From: an uncultured Gammaproteobacteria bacterium
GTDB lineage: Bacteria; Patescibacteriota; Patescibacteriia; 2-12-FULL-60-25
Assembly (NCBI GenBank): GCA_964542945.1
Contig: CAZIVC010000004.1
Location: forward strand, 8,062 to 72,061
Direction of reading: 5' to 3'
DNA: 64,000 nucleotides
Below, in pieces: positions 50,921 through 60,151 of this stretch. The first letter of the stretch is position 1; every line of letters starts with the position of its first letter. The notes below the pieces were generated by a model. It was not told where the DNA came from. It saw only the letters and a list, made by a program, of their open reading frames with translations, and did no database searches. The translations under genes and the position numbers were made by a program.

Positions 50921-51988
50921 ATGTCTCAACTCACTGATCGGGCGAAACAAGCCCTCGAAGCCAAGACGGCGGCCGAAGAGCGATTGAGCGATCCCTCTGT
51001 TTTGGGTGACTCAAAAAAGCTCAAAGAAGCTTCGCTCGTGTACACGCACGCAACGGCTTTGGCTGAAGCGGCAAACAGCTTTTTGCAGGCAGAGCGAGCG
51101 GTTGTAGATACAAAAGAAGCGCTTGCAAGTGATGATGCTGACTTGCGCGCCATGGCAGAAGGGGAGCTCGCCACCCTCGAGACCCGTCTTCTTGAAGAGA
51201 AAGAGCGTTTCGAACTCGCCCTTGTTCCGCCCGACCCACACGACCAAAACGACGTTATTATCGAAATTCGTGCCGGTGCCGGAGGAGACGAGGCGGCGCT
51301 TTTTGCGGGCGAGCTCTTTCGTATGTACGTTCGTTTTTCAGAACGAAAAGGGTGGAAAGCGGAACTTGTGTCGGAATCAAAAAACGAGCTCGGCGGCTAT
51401 AAAGAAGTCGTGTTTGCCATCAAGGGGAACGGTGTCTACGGAGCGTTGAAGTTTGAATCGGGGGTTCATCGTGTACAACGCGTTCCTGCTACGGAAAAGC
51501 AGGGCCGTGTGCACACCTCAACAGTGACGGTCGCCGTACTTCCTGAGATCGAAGAAACAGAAATCAACATCGATCCAAAAGATCTCCGCATCGATACGTT
51601 CTGTGCCGGAGGTAAGGGTGGGCAGTCGGTAAACACAACTTATTCCGCGGTGCGTATCACGCACATTCCGTCTGGGATTGTTGTGAACTGTCAGGACGAG
51701 CGTTCTCAGCTGCAAAACCGTGAGCGCGCCATGACGATCTTGCGTGCTCGTTTGTGGGAAGCGGAGGAAATGAAGAAGCGCGCGGCTCTTGATGCGGAGC
51801 GTCGCTCACAAATCGGAACGGGAGATCGTTCGGAGAAAATCCGTACCTATAATTTCCCCCAAGATCGTTTAACGGATCATCGGATTAAAACATCGTGGCA
51901 TCAAATTCCTCTTATCTTGGATGGAGAAATCGATGCCGTTATTCTCGCGATCAAGTCAGGGAAAAAAGGAAACGAAGAAGAGGAATAA
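50921..51988 (+). CDS. prfA: peptide chain release factor 1
   Basis: PATE tripeptide region ([14 protein letters not shown]) and GGQ motif (GGKGGQSVN). 355 aa. Confidence 0.9.
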   Translation: MSQLTDRAKQALEAKTAAEERLSDPSVLGDSKKLKEASLVYTHATALAEAANSFLQAERAVVDTKEALASDDADLRAMAEGELATLETRLLEEKERFELALVPPDPHDQNDVIIEIRAGAGGDEAALFAGELFRMYVRFSERKGWKAELVSESKNELGGYKEVVFAIKGNGVYGALKFESGVHRVQRVPATEKQGRVHTSTVTVAVLPEIEETEINIDPKDLRIDTFCAGGKGGQSVNTTYSAVRITHIPSGIVVNCQDERSQLQNRERAMTILRARLWEAEEMKKRAALDAERRSQIGTGDRSEKIRTYNFPQDRLTDHRIKTSWHQIPLILDGEIDAVILAIKSGKKGNEEEE

Positions 51989-51998
51989 GTGAGCGAAG

Positions 51999-52027
51999 AA
52001 AAAAACGAACCACGCGTTCGTTTTTTG
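51999..52027 (+). terminator. rho-independent terminator of prfA
   Basis: Stem AAACGAAC 52003-52010 / GTTCGTTT 52016-52023 and a T-run. Confidence 0.75.
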
Positions 52028-52053
52028 CTGCCCGTTTGTTATGATCAGGGTGT

Positions 52054-52584
52054 ATGCCTCTTGCGTCAAAGCAGCCCTCGTTTGGCTCGATATTAGGCCG
52101 TCGTCTGTTTGGCGGTTTTGCGCGCGCCTCATCGATCGAGCGCAAGCTTCGTTCGCTCCCCAAAGAAACGCTGAAACACGTGCTCAAGCAGCATGGAGTG
52201 GATCACTTAAACGAGCGACGCATTGCCAAGTTTTTTGCCGGAGAAGCATCTCTTTCGTCCCATGATACGGCGCGTGCGACGAAAGCCTTGCGAGCGCTCG
52301 GGATGGTTGCGACGGACGAGGGCACGGGGCGGCTTCTCATGGAAAGCAAAAAACGCCTCGATCAAGACACGAACATGCGCCATTCGCGCTTAGGTATTTC
52401 TGCTCCGTCGCTAGGGGTTCGAATCGCTGAAGAGCGAGCAAGGCGAGACTCGGCCGTAGAGCGTGACCCCGAGCTTAAAGGAAAGAGCATTCGTGAAATT
52501 CGCGAGATTCTTTCAAGAAGACTTGGCTTAACAGCGAAGCGGATTGTTCCTCGTGGGGGCGTTCTGCCAAAAAAGAACCCGTAG
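52054..52584 (+). CDS. hypothetical basic protein (176 aa)
   Basis: Clean ORF with no recognisable motif. Confidence 0.5.
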   Translation: MPLASKQPSFGSILGRRLFGGFARASSIERKLRSLPKETLKHVLKQHGVDHLNERRIAKFFAGEASLSSHDTARATKALRALGMVATDEGTGRLLMESKKRLDQDTNMRHSRLGISAPSLGVRIAEERARRDSAVERDPELKGKSIREIREILSRRLGLTAKRIVPRGGVLPKKNP

Positions 52585-52626
52585 AAGTTTGTGGGTAGGT
52601 GGAGAGCGTAAGATTGGCCAAAATAC

Positions 52627-52655
52627 TTGACATTTTGGCTTCTTTTGCGTATGGT
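52627..52655 (+). promoter_or_regulatory. sigma70-like promoter of lipoprotein gene 2 (TTGACA-N17-TATGGT)
   Basis: TTGACA 52627-52632, 17-nt spacer, TATGGT 52650-52655. Confidence 0.45.
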
Positions 52656-52712
52656 GGAGCATTCACGGATGTGTCCGTGAACAGCTTTCACCTCCCACCA
52701 GGAGATTTGCCA

Positions 52713-53759
52713 ATGCGCCGTCTCATCGTCGCCTCGCTCTCCGCTTTCTTTCTCAACGGTTGCGACGGGCTCTACTACGGGCTCACTCTGCCGCACCCGC
52801 CGCCCTTCCCGGAGGAGGACGTCATCGACGATCGTCCCGATGACACGCCGCGGGACGATGCGACGTCGCAGGACGATGTACGTGAGCCGCCCGTTGACGC
52901 GACGCCAGATGCGGTCGTCTCAGACGCTGTGGATGCCTCTACCGAAGACGCGCCCGACGCTTCGGCGCCGGACGTGCTCTTCGCGGACACTCCGGATGCT
53001 TCCGAAACGGAGATGCCGGATGCGGGTGAGGATGCTCCCGCTCTGGATGTGCAGATGCCGCCCGACCTCGTCGTCGCGGATACGCCGGATGTCGTTCTCG
53101 GGATGGATGTGGTCGACGTGCCGCCGCCGGATGATCGTCCGGACGTGGTCGTCTTCCCGGACCGCCCGGATGTCGTTGTCGGGATGGATGTGGTCGACGT
53201 GCCGCCGCCGGATGATCGTCCGGACGTGGTCGTCTTCCCGGACCGCCCCGATGTGGTCGATGTGCCCGCACTTCCCGATGTTCGGGATGTGGGGCCTGAG
53301 ACCATGCCGGACAGCGGACCGCCGACGGTGACGCTCTATTTCCGCTATGCGGCCTTTGCAGCACCGCCGATCGAGCTCGTACGAGTGTCGATGGTCCCAC
53401 GCGGGCGAGAGCTCATCGACTTCCCGTTCCGGGACGCCGACTGCATCGGCGGTCTCCAGAACGGCGTCACCCTGTTCGGGCAGCCGGGCTGGATGAGCTG
53501 CCGCATCGAGGTCTGGGGCACGGCTCCCACGACTCCGGAATACACCCTCTTCTGGCGGCTGTTCCCGCTGCCGGACGAGAGCCGGTGTTACGATGCGGCC
53601 GAGAGCGCTATCGGGGTCGGCGCCCGCCTTTACCGGCTGCGCGACCTCGAGATGAGCAACGGAGGAGCGTGCATCGGAGGTGGTGGACTGATGGGGGTTA
53701 CGTACGCGGGCCGCTTTTACACGAACGGCTTCCGGGTGCGCTTTCCGCTCGCGCCCTAG
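52713..53759 (+). CDS. lipoprotein with acidic Asp/Pro/Val repeats (GC-rich island 2)
   Basis: MRRLIVASLSAFFLNGCDG has a lipobox (LNGC). GGAG lies upstream of ATG 52713. A sample line (53101-53160) is 41/60 G+C. It carries an internal 81-bp tandem repeat. Confidence 0.8.
   Translation: MRRLIVASLSAFFLNGCDGLYYGLTLPHPPPFPEEDVIDDRPDDTPRDDATSQDDVREPPVDATPDAVVSDAVDASTEDAPDASAPDVLFADTPDASETEMPDAGEDAPALDVQMPPDLVVADTPDVVLGMDVVDVPPPDDRPDVVVFPDRPDVVVGMDVVDVPPPDDRPDVVVFPDRPDVVDVPALPDVRDVGPETMPDSGPPTVTLYFRYAAFAAPPIELVRVSMVPRGRELIDFPFRDADCIGGLQNGVTLFGQPGWMSCRIEVWGTAPTTPEYTLFWRLFPLPDESRCYDAAESAIGVGARLYRLRDLEMSNGGACIGGGGLMGVTYAGRFYTNGFRVRFPLAP
53088..53249 (+). repeat. 2 x 81-bp in-frame tandem repeat
   Basis: 53088-53168 and 53169-53249 differ at one position that I can see (GTTCTC vs GTTGTC). 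Each encodes DVV(L/V)GMDVVDVPPPDDRPDVVVFPDRP. Confidence 0.9.
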
Positions 53760-53783
53760 CGACTCGTCGCTGGGGCCTTTTTT
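53758..53783 (+). terminator. terminator-like hairpin after lipoprotein gene 2
   Basis: AGCGAC TC GTCGCT, then GGGGCC and T6. Confidence 0.5.
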
Positions 53784-53942
53784 CTTTTACTCTTGCCTTT
53801 TTTTGCAGGATCGACTATATTTGGCCTGCCATTTGGCACTTATTGAATTCGACTTCCGGCTGGCAAACCCGCCCGGGACCACCGCCTTTTCTCTCTCGTG
53901 AGAGTCTGGTGGCTCGCGGAAGCGCTAAAAAAGGACATTTGT

Positions 53943-54692
53943 ATGAACCAACCAAGCTTACAAGACCTGCTCCAAGCAGGTGCTCACTTCGGACACCAAG
54001 CATCGAAGTGGCACCCAAAGATGAAGAAATTTATCTTTGGTGATCGTCAGGGAATTCACATTTTGAATCTTGAAGCTACACAAAAAGGTCTCGAAGAAGC
54101 CATGAGCTTCGCCAAAAAGACGGCGGCTCGTGGAGGCGTGATCTTGTTTGTGGGCACCAAAAAGCAGGCAGCTCCACTTGTTGAAGAAGCAGCTCGTGCG
54201 TGCAACATGCCGTTCGTCACCAAGCGCTGGCTCGGCGGTACGCTTACCAACTTCTCGAGTATCGTTCAGACGTTGCGTAAATTTAAAGATTTGAAGCGCC
54301 GCCAAGAAAAAGGTGAGCTTGGTAAGTACACGAAATTTGAGCAGTTGAAATTGGCGGAACAGATTAAGCTCATGGATCAAAACATCGGTGGTATCCAAGA
54401 TCTTTCTCGTATGCCAGACGCGGTGTTCATCTTCGATATTCGCAAGGACAAAACGGCCGTACAAGAAGCCTCTCGTCGCGGCGTGAAGGTGATCGCGCTT
54501 TGTGACTCGAACGTCAACCCAAAGGATGTTGATCTCGCGATTCCATGTAACGATGATGCAGCGAAAGCGATTAAGCTTATGGCCGAAGCGATGTCTGCTG
54601 CGATTCGTGAAGGACGTGATGAATGGGAGAAGGCTCGTGCTCGCTTGGGCGGATCGCTTGTTTCGTCTGCCGCTCCTGCTCAGCAGAAATAA
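53943..54692 (+). CDS. rpsB: 30S ribosomal protein S2
   Basis: LLQAGAHFGHQASKWHPKMKKFIFG ... typical S2. ATG 53943 is preceded by AAAGGA. Confidence 0.95.
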   Translation: MNQPSLQDLLQAGAHFGHQASKWHPKMKKFIFGDRQGIHILNLEATQKGLEEAMSFAKKTAARGGVILFVGTKKQAAPLVEEAARACNMPFVTKRWLGGTLTNFSSIVQTLRKFKDLKRRQEKGELGKYTKFEQLKLAEQIKLMDQNIGGIQDLSRMPDAVFIFDIRKDKTAVQEASRRGVKVIALCDSNVNPKDVDLAIPCNDDAAKAIKLMAEAMSAAIREGRDEWEKARARLGGSLVSSAAPAQQK

Positions 54693-54724
54693 TTCCCCCG
54701 TCTTGTTCATTTAACGATATTTGT

Positions 54725-55339
54725 ATGGCAGTAGACGCAAAGATGGTAGCCGAGCTCCGCGCCCGCACGGGAGCGGGCATGGTCGATTGCAAAACGGCTC
54801 TTGAAGAGGCGGGTGGCAATGCAGATCAGGCGATTGAAATCTTGAAGAAGCGTGGCGCGATCAAGGCGGCAAAAAAGCAGGCCGAGCGCCAAGCTTCCGA
54901 AGGAATGATCGCGACCTACGTACACCACAACGGAAAACTCGCGGCTCTTCTTGAGCTCGCCTGTGAAACCGATTTCGTGGCGCGTAACGAGGAGTTTCGT
55001 CAGCTTGCAGCAGATTTAGCTCTTCAGGTGGCGGCGATGGATCCACAGTACGTGAGCCCAGAAACGATTCCGGCGGAAGACACCGAAAAGAAGCGTGCCG
55101 AATTCATGGCGGAACTCGATGGCGATAAAAAGCCAGAAGAGATCAAAGCAAAAATTGTGGATGGCAAGATGAACAAGTGGTTCTCCGAAGTATGTTTGAC
55201 CAAGCAGTCCTTCATTAAAGACGAAGAGACGACGGTGGAAATGCTGATCACTGGATTGGTCGCGAAGATCGGTGAGAAGATCGTTGTTACGCGCTTCTCG
55301 CGCATGCAGATGAACGGTCCTTCCACGAAATCCGCCTAA
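54725..55339 (+). CDS. tsf: elongation factor Ts (short form)
   Basis: VAELRARTGAGMVDCKTALEEAGGNADQAIEILKKRG (UBA-like N-domain) and LACETDFVARNEEF. ATG 54725. Confidence 0.9.
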   Translation: MAVDAKMVAELRARTGAGMVDCKTALEEAGGNADQAIEILKKRGAIKAAKKQAERQASEGMIATYVHHNGKLAALLELACETDFVARNEEFRQLAADLALQVAAMDPQYVSPETIPAEDTEKKRAEFMAELDGDKKPEEIKAKIVDGKMNKWFSEVCLTKQSFIKDEETTVEMLITGLVAKIGEKIVVTRFSRMQMNGPSTKSA

Positions 55340-55416
55340 ACCGAACAAAAATGATGATTTTGCGAATGGCTTTGTTGTCGCGCACTTCATCAATAACCTC
55401 TTTCATCGTAAGGAAG

Positions 55417-55447
55417 AAACGAATCGCAGACAGCGGTTCGTTTTTTT
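55417..55447 (+). terminator. rho-independent terminator of tsf
   Basis: 11-bp stem 55417-55427 / 55433-55443 (one G-U pair) and T7. Confidence 0.8.
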
Positions 55448-55476
55448 GCTATCATAAAAACAATCTCGCTTTTGCT

Positions 55477-56280
55477 ATGTCGTTCTTTTCTCCCTCCATG
55501 ATGCCCGCTCCGCGATCAATGCGGACGGTTCAGCCGTCATGGACAGGACCAAACCCACATCCAGATCACGATCGTAAGAATAAACATTACGAGCGCTGGC
55601 TGTGTGATGCGTCGAATCGTTGTACGCCCTATCAAGAAGAAGATTTTACCGAAAATATTAACTGGCGGATTTTTCGGATCATGGCCGAGTTTGTTGAGGG
55701 GTTCGAATTCCTTTCCAAGCTCAAGCGTGAAGTCACTATTTTTGGGAGCGCGCGCGCTATTCCCGGATCAAAATATTACGACATGGCTCGTCAAATCGGG
55801 TACCTCTGTGGAAAGGCGGGATACACGGTTATTACAGGTGGAGGACCTGGAATGATGGAGGCTGCAAACTGGGGCGCAACCGACTCAGGCGGAGAATCAG
55901 TTGGGTTGGATATTCAGCTTCCCATGGAGCAGCGACGCAACCCGTATGTAAAACGCGCCATGGGGTTTAATTATTTCTTCACGCGCAAGGTTATGCTGTC
56001 GGCGTCGTCCCAGGCGTACGTGTTTATGCCTGGCGGTTTTGGCACCCTGGACGAGCTGTTTGAAATGGTCACGTTGATCCAAACACGTAAAATGTCGAGT
56101 GAAGTGCCGGTGATTTTGGTGGGAAAAGAGTTTTGGGAACCGCTTCTGGCTTGGATCAAGGACGTTTTGTGGCGGGAAGAACGGTTTATTAGCGCCGAGG
56201 AGCTCTCGATCATGAAGCTCGTCGATCGCCCAGAAGAGGCGTTTGCGATCATTCAAAAAACGGTTGAACGTACGTTGTAA
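55477..56280 (+). CDS. LOG family (TIGR00730-type) nucleotide phosphoribohydrolase
   Basis: GGGPGMMEA and PGGFGTLDELFE motifs. The start is placed after the tsf terminator (ATG 55477). The track start 55351 would span the terminator. Confidence 0.8.
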   Translation: MSFFSPSMMPAPRSMRTVQPSWTGPNPHPDHDRKNKHYERWLCDASNRCTPYQEEDFTENINWRIFRIMAEFVEGFEFLSKLKREVTIFGSARAIPGSKYYDMARQIGYLCGKAGYTVITGGGPGMMEAANWGATDSGGESVGLDIQLPMEQRRNPYVKRAMGFNYFFTRKVMLSASSQAYVFMPGGFGTLDELFEMVTLIQTRKMSSEVPVILVGKEFWEPLLAWIKDVLWREERFISAEELSIMKLVDRPEEAFAIIQKTVERTL

Positions 56281-56281
56281 C

Positions 56282-56309
56282 AAAAACCCCGGGTTGAACC
56301 GAGGGTTTT
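56282..56309. terminator. bidirectional terminator between LOG gene (+) and rpmB (-)
   Basis: A5, bulged GC stem 56287-56305, T4. Confidence 0.6.
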
Positions 56310-56310
56310 C

Positions 56311-56508
56311 TTATTTTGCTTGGCCGGACATTTCCGCAGAAAGCTTTTTCAGCGTGCGGAGAGTGCGAGCGGCGACACGGATGCGCTGACCATTGATGCG
56401 CACGACCTGCAGGTTCACGTTTTGACGACGCTTGGTGGCGCGGTTGGAGTGGCTGCGGGACTGCGCGAAGTTGGCGCTTTTTCCGGAGAGGATACAGATG
56501 CGGGACAT
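56311..56508 (-). CDS. rpmB: 50S ribosomal protein L28
   Basis: [34 protein letters not shown] is a typical L28 N-terminus. 65 aa. Confidence 0.9.
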   Translation of the reverse strand: MSRICILSGKSANFAQSRSHSNRATKRRQNVNLQVVRINGQRIRVAARTLRTLKKLSAEMSGQAK

Positions 56509-56603
56509 ACGAGGTATTCGGTGAATGGGGGTAGAATACAGAAAAAGGCGGAACTTGGCAAGTGCTCGACGTTTGGCGGCGGACTTGGCACCATGGTGGG
56601 TAT

Positions 56604-57239
56604 ATGGCTCTGTTCCAAACGTTGTTTTCTGATCCCTGGCAATTTCTTATCTGGCTGCTAGCCTTTCTCGTGACTCTTTCTGTTCACGAAAGCGCCCATG
56701 CGCTCATGAGTTACTGGCTGGGAGACCAGACCGCCCATCGAGCTGGTCGTATCACGTTAAATCCGTTAGCACATATCGATTTCTTTGGTTTTTTGGCGCT
56801 GGTCACGATTGGGTTTGGGTGGGGAAAGCCCGTACCGTTTAATCCGCATCAGCTAAAGTATAAGCGCATGGGTCCGGTCTTGGTGGCGGGAGCTGGTCCA
56901 GTCTCAAACTTTGTACTCGCTATTTTAGCGGCGCTATTGCTTAGGGGCTTGTTTCCCGGCTTGGGAGCGGAGAACGTTCTCGTTCAGTTTTTGTTTGTTG
57001 TTGTTCTGCTCTCAATCATGTTGGGGTTGTTTAATCTCGTGCCGTTGCCGCCTCTCGATGGGTCAAAAGCGCTCCTTGCATTCTTTGAGTGGAGGCGTTG
57101 GGAGAAGGCACGAGCTTGGATAGAGCAACGTGGTCCAATGCTTCTCTTGGGATTGGTGCTCATCGGAGCTATGACCCCGTTGAATCCGTTTGGTTGGTTG
57201 TTTTCTTCGGCGGAGCGGGTGGCGGCGTGGCTTTTATGA
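56604..57239 (+). CDS. M50 family (site-2 protease-like) membrane metalloprotease
   Basis: HESAHALM (HExxH) in TM1 region and [12 protein letters not shown] (NxxPxxxLDG). Confidence 0.8.
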   Translation: MALFQTLFSDPWQFLIWLLAFLVTLSVHESAHALMSYWLGDQTAHRAGRITLNPLAHIDFFGFLALVTIGFGWGKPVPFNPHQLKYKRMGPVLVAGAGPVSNFVLAILAALLLRGLFPGLGAENVLVQFLFVVVLLSIMLGLFNLVPLPPLDGSKALLAFFEWRRWEKARAWIEQRGPMLLLGLVLIGAMTPLNPFGWLFSSAERVAAWLL

Positions 57240-58849
57240 TGGTGTCTTCGTTGCGTAAGAGTGGTTTTATTCCAACCTTCGTGTCGGCGATATGCACGGT
57301 GGCCTTACTTCGATATTTCTTCGTGTTCCTGCTTGGTCCCGCAGTCGATCGTTTGCCTTCACTTTGGGGAGAGCTGTTGTTACCACTGGGAGTTTGTACG
57401 ATTATTGCCACAATCGTGGCGCTCGTGGTGGCGCGGTTCAATAATGTCTCGTTTTTCGCTCTTCCTTCTAAAATGGTGTGGTGGATGGGTGTTTTCTTTA
57501 TTCCAGTCGTGATTGACCGCGTGCTCTTGCGAGGGACAGAAGCATCGTTACCGTTTTTACGCTTTGGATCGGTCAACGCGGCCATTTATGATTGGCTTAC
57601 GCTTGGTCTTGCGCGCCGCGGATTGTTTACCTGGGGAGAATCGATTCTCTTACTGGGGGTGATGAGTTGGTGTTTGTTCCGGTATGCCAAGCATCAGGTA
57701 AAAACGATCGGTTTGGTCTTGGCGACGGGGTGGGGGATCGCGTTCATAGGAATTATTCCTTCGCTTATTGCGGCAACGCGCGTTTCTGCATCGGGAGCAG
57801 CATTCGCTTCTGTGCAGGCACTTGAACGAAGCGTCTCTCTCTGGATGGCGCATGGGTATTGGTGGAATAACGTTGCAGACCGTTTTCCGCTCTTGGGAGC
57901 GTCACTCGCAAATGCGGCGACAGAGTTGTTTTTTGTGGCGCTTGTCTGGTTTGGAGTAATGATTGTTGCGTCCATCTACATTAAGCGACGCTTAGGAATT
58001 ACGTTTGATCGAATTGTGTGGTTGGTGCGCTATGGGCGTTGGGGGTGGGCGTTTTTCCCTGTCTTTTCTGGGTGGTTATTGGGCGGCCCGAGTTTCACGG
58101 GTCAATGGATTCCGTCGTTGCTTGCCTGGGCACTCTTTATCGGGGCGGTTAAATATGTCGCGTGGATGGCATTCCTTGAGAACCAAGAGCGGGACGCGTT
58201 GGTAGACGAAGGGAGGCATCCGCAGGCACCTCTGTTTTTCTTTCAGTGGAATCCGGGCGAGCTGCGCGATGTCTTGCGCGTCATAGAGGGGCTTTTTTAC
58301 GGCCTCATTCTGCTTCTGGGCGCGCCAGTTGCGCTCAGTCTCGCGTTGGCGCGTATCGCCAGAACGCTCTACGAAGATGCATCCGGAGAAGGAAAACGGC
58401 GTTGGGAGGGGAGGTTTATCTTGTTTACAGGGGAGGCGTTTGGTCTATTGGCAGCAGGTTGGTTTTTTGCGCGAGGCTGGACGGAGGGGGGCTTGCGCTT
58501 ACCCGTGATTTGGCTTGTCCTTGTGGCGGCTTGGTTTGGATGGGCGGCGCTCTTAAAAGATTGGAAAGACGCGGAAGTTGATCATTTGGCCGGGTATGAC
58601 ACCCTCGCTCGTGAATCGGCGGGAGATCGTATTTGGCTCTCTGGGGCAGGGATCCTCATGTTTTTGCAGGTGTTTGCAGCTGGTTCCGGCTGGAAAGAGA
58701 TCGGGCTCGTTTCTCTGGTTTTTGGGGCGGCAATTTGGCTCTTTTTTCGCGATCGTACGCCGCGCGGAGTCCGCTTTCTTCGTTATTTATCCTGGGGGTA
58801 TCCCGTATTCTTGGCGATGACGGCCGCGTACTACACATTTCTCCCTTGA
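57236..58849 (+). CDS. polytopic membrane protein, unknown function (537 aa)
   Basis: ATGA overlap with the M50 gene (ATG 57236). More than 10 hydrophobic segments. No confident family. Confidence 0.65.
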   Translation: MMVSSLRKSGFIPTFVSAICTVALLRYFFVFLLGPAVDRLPSLWGELLLPLGVCTIIATIVALVVARFNNVSFFALPSKMVWWMGVFFIPVVIDRVLLRGTEASLPFLRFGSVNAAIYDWLTLGLARRGLFTWGESILLLGVMSWCLFRYAKHQVKTIGLVLATGWGIAFIGIIPSLIAATRVSASGAAFASVQALERSVSLWMAHGYWWNNVADRFPLLGASLANAATELFFVALVWFGVMIVASIYIKRRLGITFDRIVWLVRYGRWGWAFFPVFSGWLLGGPSFTGQWIPSLLAWALFIGAVKYVAWMAFLENQERDALVDEGRHPQAPLFFFQWNPGELRDVLRVIEGLFYGLILLLGAPVALSLALARIARTLYEDASGEGKRRWEGRFILFTGEAFGLLAAGWFFARGWTEGGLRLPVIWLVLVAAWFGWAALLKDWKDAEVDHLAGYDTLARESAGDRIWLSGAGILMFLQVFAAGSGWKEIGLVSLVFGAAIWLFFRDRTPRGVRFLRYLSWGYPVFLAMTAAYYTFLP

Positions 58850-58874
58850 CGACCCCCGTGAAAACCGGTAGATT
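58846..58874 (+). promoter_or_regulatory. sigma70-like promoter of the str operon (TTGACG-N17-TAGATT)
   Basis: TTGACG 58846-58851, 17-nt spacer, TAGATT 58869-58874. It would give an approximately 210-nt leader before rpsL. Confidence 0.4.
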
Positions 58875-59092
58875 ATGCCTACCATTAGAGCTTTTTTAAG
58901 CGCCAGCAAGCGTTTTTGAAAGAACGTTCAATGGAAGGATCTCGCAAAAAAGACCCTTTAAAACCTCTTTCAAAGCAGATGGTGGGACTCATTTCACGAC
59001 GGGCTCGTCTTTCAAAGAGAGCAGGTTCTGAGATGTGTTCCTTTGTCCTTGCTGTTAAGACTTCTTCTTCCTGCTTTCAGGAACCTCTCTTC

Positions 59093-59521
59093 ATGCCTAC
59101 CATGAACCAACTCGTTCGCCGACCACGCAAGTCGGTGAAACGCAAGTCCAAGAGCCCAGCCATGCAATTCGCCATGGACACTCTTCATCGCAAGCGCACG
59201 GAACTTCGCCGTGGAGCTGCTTTTAAGCGCGGCGTGTGCACAAAAGTCACCACGATGACGCCAAAGAAACCAAACTCCGCCATTCGTAAGATCGCTCGTG
59301 TTCGTCTCTCGAACGGTCAGGAGGTGACAGCCTATATTCCGGGCGAAGGTCACAACTTGCAGGAGCACTCGATTGTGCTTATCCGTGGTGGTCGCGTGAA
59401 GGATCTTCCAGGTGTGCGCTACCACATTGTGCGTGGCGTGTACGATACACAGGGTGTTTCCGCTCGTCGCCGCAGCCGCTCCGTCTACGGTGCACGTCGT
59501 CCGAAAGCTGAGAAAAAATAA
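59093..59521 (+). CDS. rpsL: 30S ribosomal protein S12 (with about 15-aa insertion)
   Basis: [12 protein letters not shown] ... [28 protein letters not shown] ... [20 protein letters not shown] 59093 is in frame within ORF 58916-59521. Confidence 0.95.
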   Translation: MPTMNQLVRRPRKSVKRKSKSPAMQFAMDTLHRKRTELRRGAAFKRGVCTKVTTMTPKKPNSAIRKIARVRLSNGQEVTAYIPGEGHNLQEHSIVLIRGGRVKDLPGVRYHIVRGVYDTQGVSARRRSRSVYGARRPKAEKK

Positions 59522-59542
59522 CGATGTCTAACCTAGTAATCT

Positions 59543-60010
59543 ATGCGTGGTAAGCGTGCTCCGAAGCGTAAAATCGCTAACGATCCAAAATTCAATTCAC
59601 CCGTCATCGCGAAGCTCATCAACGCGGTAATGCGTGATGGTAAAAAAAGTACGGCAACGAAAGTGGTCTATTCGGCTCTCCAGATCGCCGAAGAAAAAAT
59701 GCAGAAGCCGGCCATGGAAGTCTTTGATGAAGCCATGAAAAACGTGTCGCCTTCCGTTGAAGTCAAGTCCAAGCGTATTGGTGGTGGTAACTACCAGGTT
59801 CCGTTCCAGGTTCGTGCTGAACGTCGCCAGCAACTAGCCTTTCGCTGGATCATTTCTGCGGCTCGCTCTCGTAAGGGTAAGCCAATGGCTGAGAAGCTCG
59901 CGACGGAGTTCATTGACGCCGCTCAAAACCAGGGTGACGCCGTGAAGAAAAAGCAAGATGTGCATCGAATGGCCGAAGCGAACCGCGCCTTCGCTCACTT
60001 CGCCAAGTAA
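59543..60010 (+). CDS. rpsG: 30S ribosomal protein S7
   Basis: Typical S7: DPKFNSPVIAKLINAVMRDGKKSTA ... GGGNYQVP ... RMAEANRAFAHF. Confidence 0.95.
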   Translation: MRGKRAPKRKIANDPKFNSPVIAKLINAVMRDGKKSTATKVVYSALQIAEEKMQKPAMEVFDEAMKNVSPSVEVKSKRIGGGNYQVPFQVRAERRQQLAFRWIISAARSRKGKPMAEKLATEFIDAAQNQGDAVKKKQDVHRMAEANRAFAHFAK

Positions 60011-60013
60011 AAG

Positions 60014-60129
60014 CCTTTTATAATCGCGAGCTGCTAGGGTTTCGCCCCGAGAAATCCTCAGCGTACCGCTTATGTACGCCTGCGGTTTCTCGGGGTTCCA
60101 ACCCGTCGCATCTCATCGATTATAAAAGG
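60014..60129 (+). other. 116-nt extended hairpin in the rpsG-fusA spacer
   Basis: Paired segments are 60014-60026/60117-60129 (13 bp), 60037-60041/60100-60104 (5 bp), 60045-60054/60086-60095 (10 bp) and 60061-60066/60074-60079 (6 bp). Confidence 0.6.
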
Positions 60130-60151
60130 TTTTCTTATTTTTACTTACTAT

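Noticed and set aside
52775-53400. Minus-strand ORFs of 176 aa and 153 aa inside lipoprotein gene 2, and the plus-strand 163-aa alternative frame.
   Set aside because: This is the same GC-rich shadow effect. The translations are Ser/Thr/Gly/Arg repeats that mirror the Asp/Val/Pro repeat on the coding strand.
58559-58582. DWKDAEVD (D-x2-D-x3-D), resembling the first Asp-rich motif of UbiA prenyltransferases, in the 537-aa membrane protein.
   Set aside because: The motif lies only ~90 residues from the C-terminus, too little for a UbiA domain. I see no second Asp-rich motif.
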